The position numbers were made by a program, and so were the translations under genes. The notes beneath the pieces are model-generated. The model ran no database searches. It saw only the letters and a program-made list of their open reading frames with translations, and was not told the DNA's origin. From Archaeoglobaceae archaeon (lineage in GTDB: Archaea > Halobacteriota > Archaeoglobi > Archaeoglobales > Archaeoglobaceae), in assembly GCA_038893835.1 (NCBI GenBank), contig JAWAQR010000024.1, positions 1 to 18,135 of the forward strand: a stretch of DNA of 18,135 nt, read 5' to 3'. Positions 16,861-18,135 of the stretch are shown here, piece after piece (the stretch's first letter is position 1; each line of letters opens with the position of its first letter).

Positions 16861-17603
16861 CAGATCAACCCCCTCTCTTTAAGGATCGAGATGACCTTAG
16901 TAGCGATTTGTCCTGGATCACCTGTAATGATTTCCGCCTTCTTAACTGGAGGTAGGTACATTTTCACAACCTCCACCTTCTTGCTCTTCGGTGTAACGTT
17001 CACTTCTTTCATTTCCTTCGTCTTCGCCTTCTTTATACCCATGACCGAAACGTATCTAGGCTCATTTATACCGCTCTGAATTGTGAGCAAACATGGAATT
17101 GGCAGCTCAACTTCTTCTTGATAACCCCCCTCAATTTCTCTCCTGACCTTTACTTTCCCATCCTTAATTTCTATAGCAGTAACAGCCGTGGCAAATGGTA
17201 GATTGAGCATTCCCGCAAGAAGAACGCCGACCAGGGCATTGTTCATATCCTGGCTCATCAATCCTGCAAAAATCATGTCGAACTTCTCGTTCTTTATCGC
17301 CTCTGCAATTAACTCAGCAATTTGATACGCATCAACTCCCGCATCAAATGGGATCTTTATCGCCCTGTCAGCACCCATTGCAAGGCATTTGCGGAGTGTG
17401 TCATCGCAGTTTTTGCCAACTCCGACAACGACGACTTCTCCGCCTATTTTTTCCTTTATTCTAATCGCCTCCTCAACAGCATAGCGGTCCCAGTCATTTA
17501 TGTCAAAAACTGCGGCGCCCAGAGATAGATTTTTGCCATCGCTTGCAATGCCTATTTCGCTTTGCGGATCTGGGGCATGTTTGGTAAGCACGATAATTTT
17601 CAT
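16860..17603 (-). CDS. etfB: Electron transfer flavoprotein beta subunit
   Basis: MKIIVLTKHAPD, D.YAVEEA, LAMGADRA and INEPRY. Start ATG 17603 behind GGTGA (17608-17612); coupled to etfA. Confidence 0.95.
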   Translation of the reverse strand: MKIIVLTKHAPDPQSEIGIASDGKNLSLGAAVFDINDWDRYAVEEAIRIKEKIGGEVVVVGVGKNCDDTLRKCLAMGADRAIKIPFDAGVDAYQIAELIAEAIKNEKFDMIFAGLMSQDMNNALVGVLLAGMLNLPFATAVTAIEIKDGKVKVRREIEGGYQEEVELPIPCLLTIQSGINEPRYVSVMGIKKAKTKEMKEVNVTPKSKKVEVVKMYLPPVKKAEIITGDPGQIATKVISILKERGLI

Positions 17604-17802
17604 CCTATCACCAAAATGCATGGCATTTGCTTGAATAAAAAATTTTCTATTTTAAAAAATTTTGCTTTTGCAATAATTAAGCAAATTAAAATTACTTTCT
17701 CTTTAATTCAGATTACGTGATCTTCTGGTGATGGCATAACTATTGACAGACAAACCTAGAACTCATCCGATAGATTTTTAAGGAATTATGCAAAACTTGG
17801 CC

Positions 17803-18135
17803 ATGGCTTACAAGATAACGATCAAAGGCAAAGTTCACGAAGTCGGCTATCGCCTTTTTCTTCTTGAAGAAGCTAACTCCCTTTTCATTCCATTCTTTGA
17901 TGCAAGAAACGTCAAAATAAATGGAAAAGAAGCTTTAATAGTTCTCGTTGATGGAGATAAGGAGCAATTGCAGCAGTTCATCGAATTCTTGAAAAGAAAT
18001 AAGCCGGAAGCTTCAGAAGCAGGATGAGACAATTAAGAAAATAGAGGAAGTTGGAAGGAAAGTTGATCAGACGAGAGAAGAGCTAGGGAAGAAGATCGAT
18101 GAGACAAACGAGAGACTTGAAATGCTGAGATCAGA
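17803..18135 (+). pseudogene. Acylphosphatase-like domain plus coiled-coil tail, disrupted by frameshift/internal deletion (runs off the window)
   Basis: MAYKITIKGKVHEVGYR...ARNV acylphosphatase-like motif stops at 18027. The +1 frame has no start codon and continues LQKQDETIKKIEEVGRKVDQTREELGKKIDETNERLEMLRS to the edge. TATA-like TTTTTAAG at 17775-17782 favours start 17803 over 17788. Confidence 0.65.

Noticed and set aside
17705-17770. Possible C/D box sRNA on the minus strand (GGAUGA...CUGA, about 60 nt)
   Set aside because: Box C is imperfect, there are no convincing C'/D' boxes, and I recognised no rRNA or tRNA complement.
231-18032. Numerous 60-174 aa antisense or alternate-frame ORFs in the track (e.g. 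9424-9882, 11669-12193, 8728-9120)
   Set aside because: They overlap well-supported genes, lack motifs and RBS, and look like shadow ORFs.
1-18135. CRISPR arrays, IS elements, integrase/att sites, selenocysteine or pyrrolysine read-through
   Set aside because: No regularly spaced repeats, transposase or integrase motifs, or in-frame read-through candidates were seen; both broken genes involve frame changes.

Overview
Gene-dense, moderately AT-rich archaeal chromosome segment. The hmeABCDE gene order, archaeal EF-1alpha/EF-1beta, TATA/BRE promoters and GGTGA ribosome-binding sites point to class Archaeoglobi (inference). Plus strand, 1-9317: amino-acid-kinase (MfnE-like), an unlisted 52-aa Zn finger, EF-1beta, an MBL hydrolase, EF-1alpha, uS10, RNase Z, then a complete five-gene Hme/DsrOPMKJ membrane redox complex. 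Minus strand, 9310-17603: MBL hydrolase, UspA, a decayed PIN-like remnant, CDF transporter, ACT-SerB, a hypothetical protein, an unlisted 57-aa 2x[4Fe-4S] ferredoxin, a Cys-bearing TrmB/OxsR-like regulator, thioredoxin, DRG GTPase, an ACT-domain protein and EtfAB. The most notable unannotated element is a GC-rich intergenic RNA (~15268-15363, minus) with box H/ACA architecture, extra K-turn/C-box motifs and a predicted 16S rRNA helix-30 target. The window ends in an apparently internally deleted acylphosphatase/coiled-coil gene. No CRISPR array, tRNA, rRNA or transposase was seen. All family assignments are by motif recognition; no searches were run.
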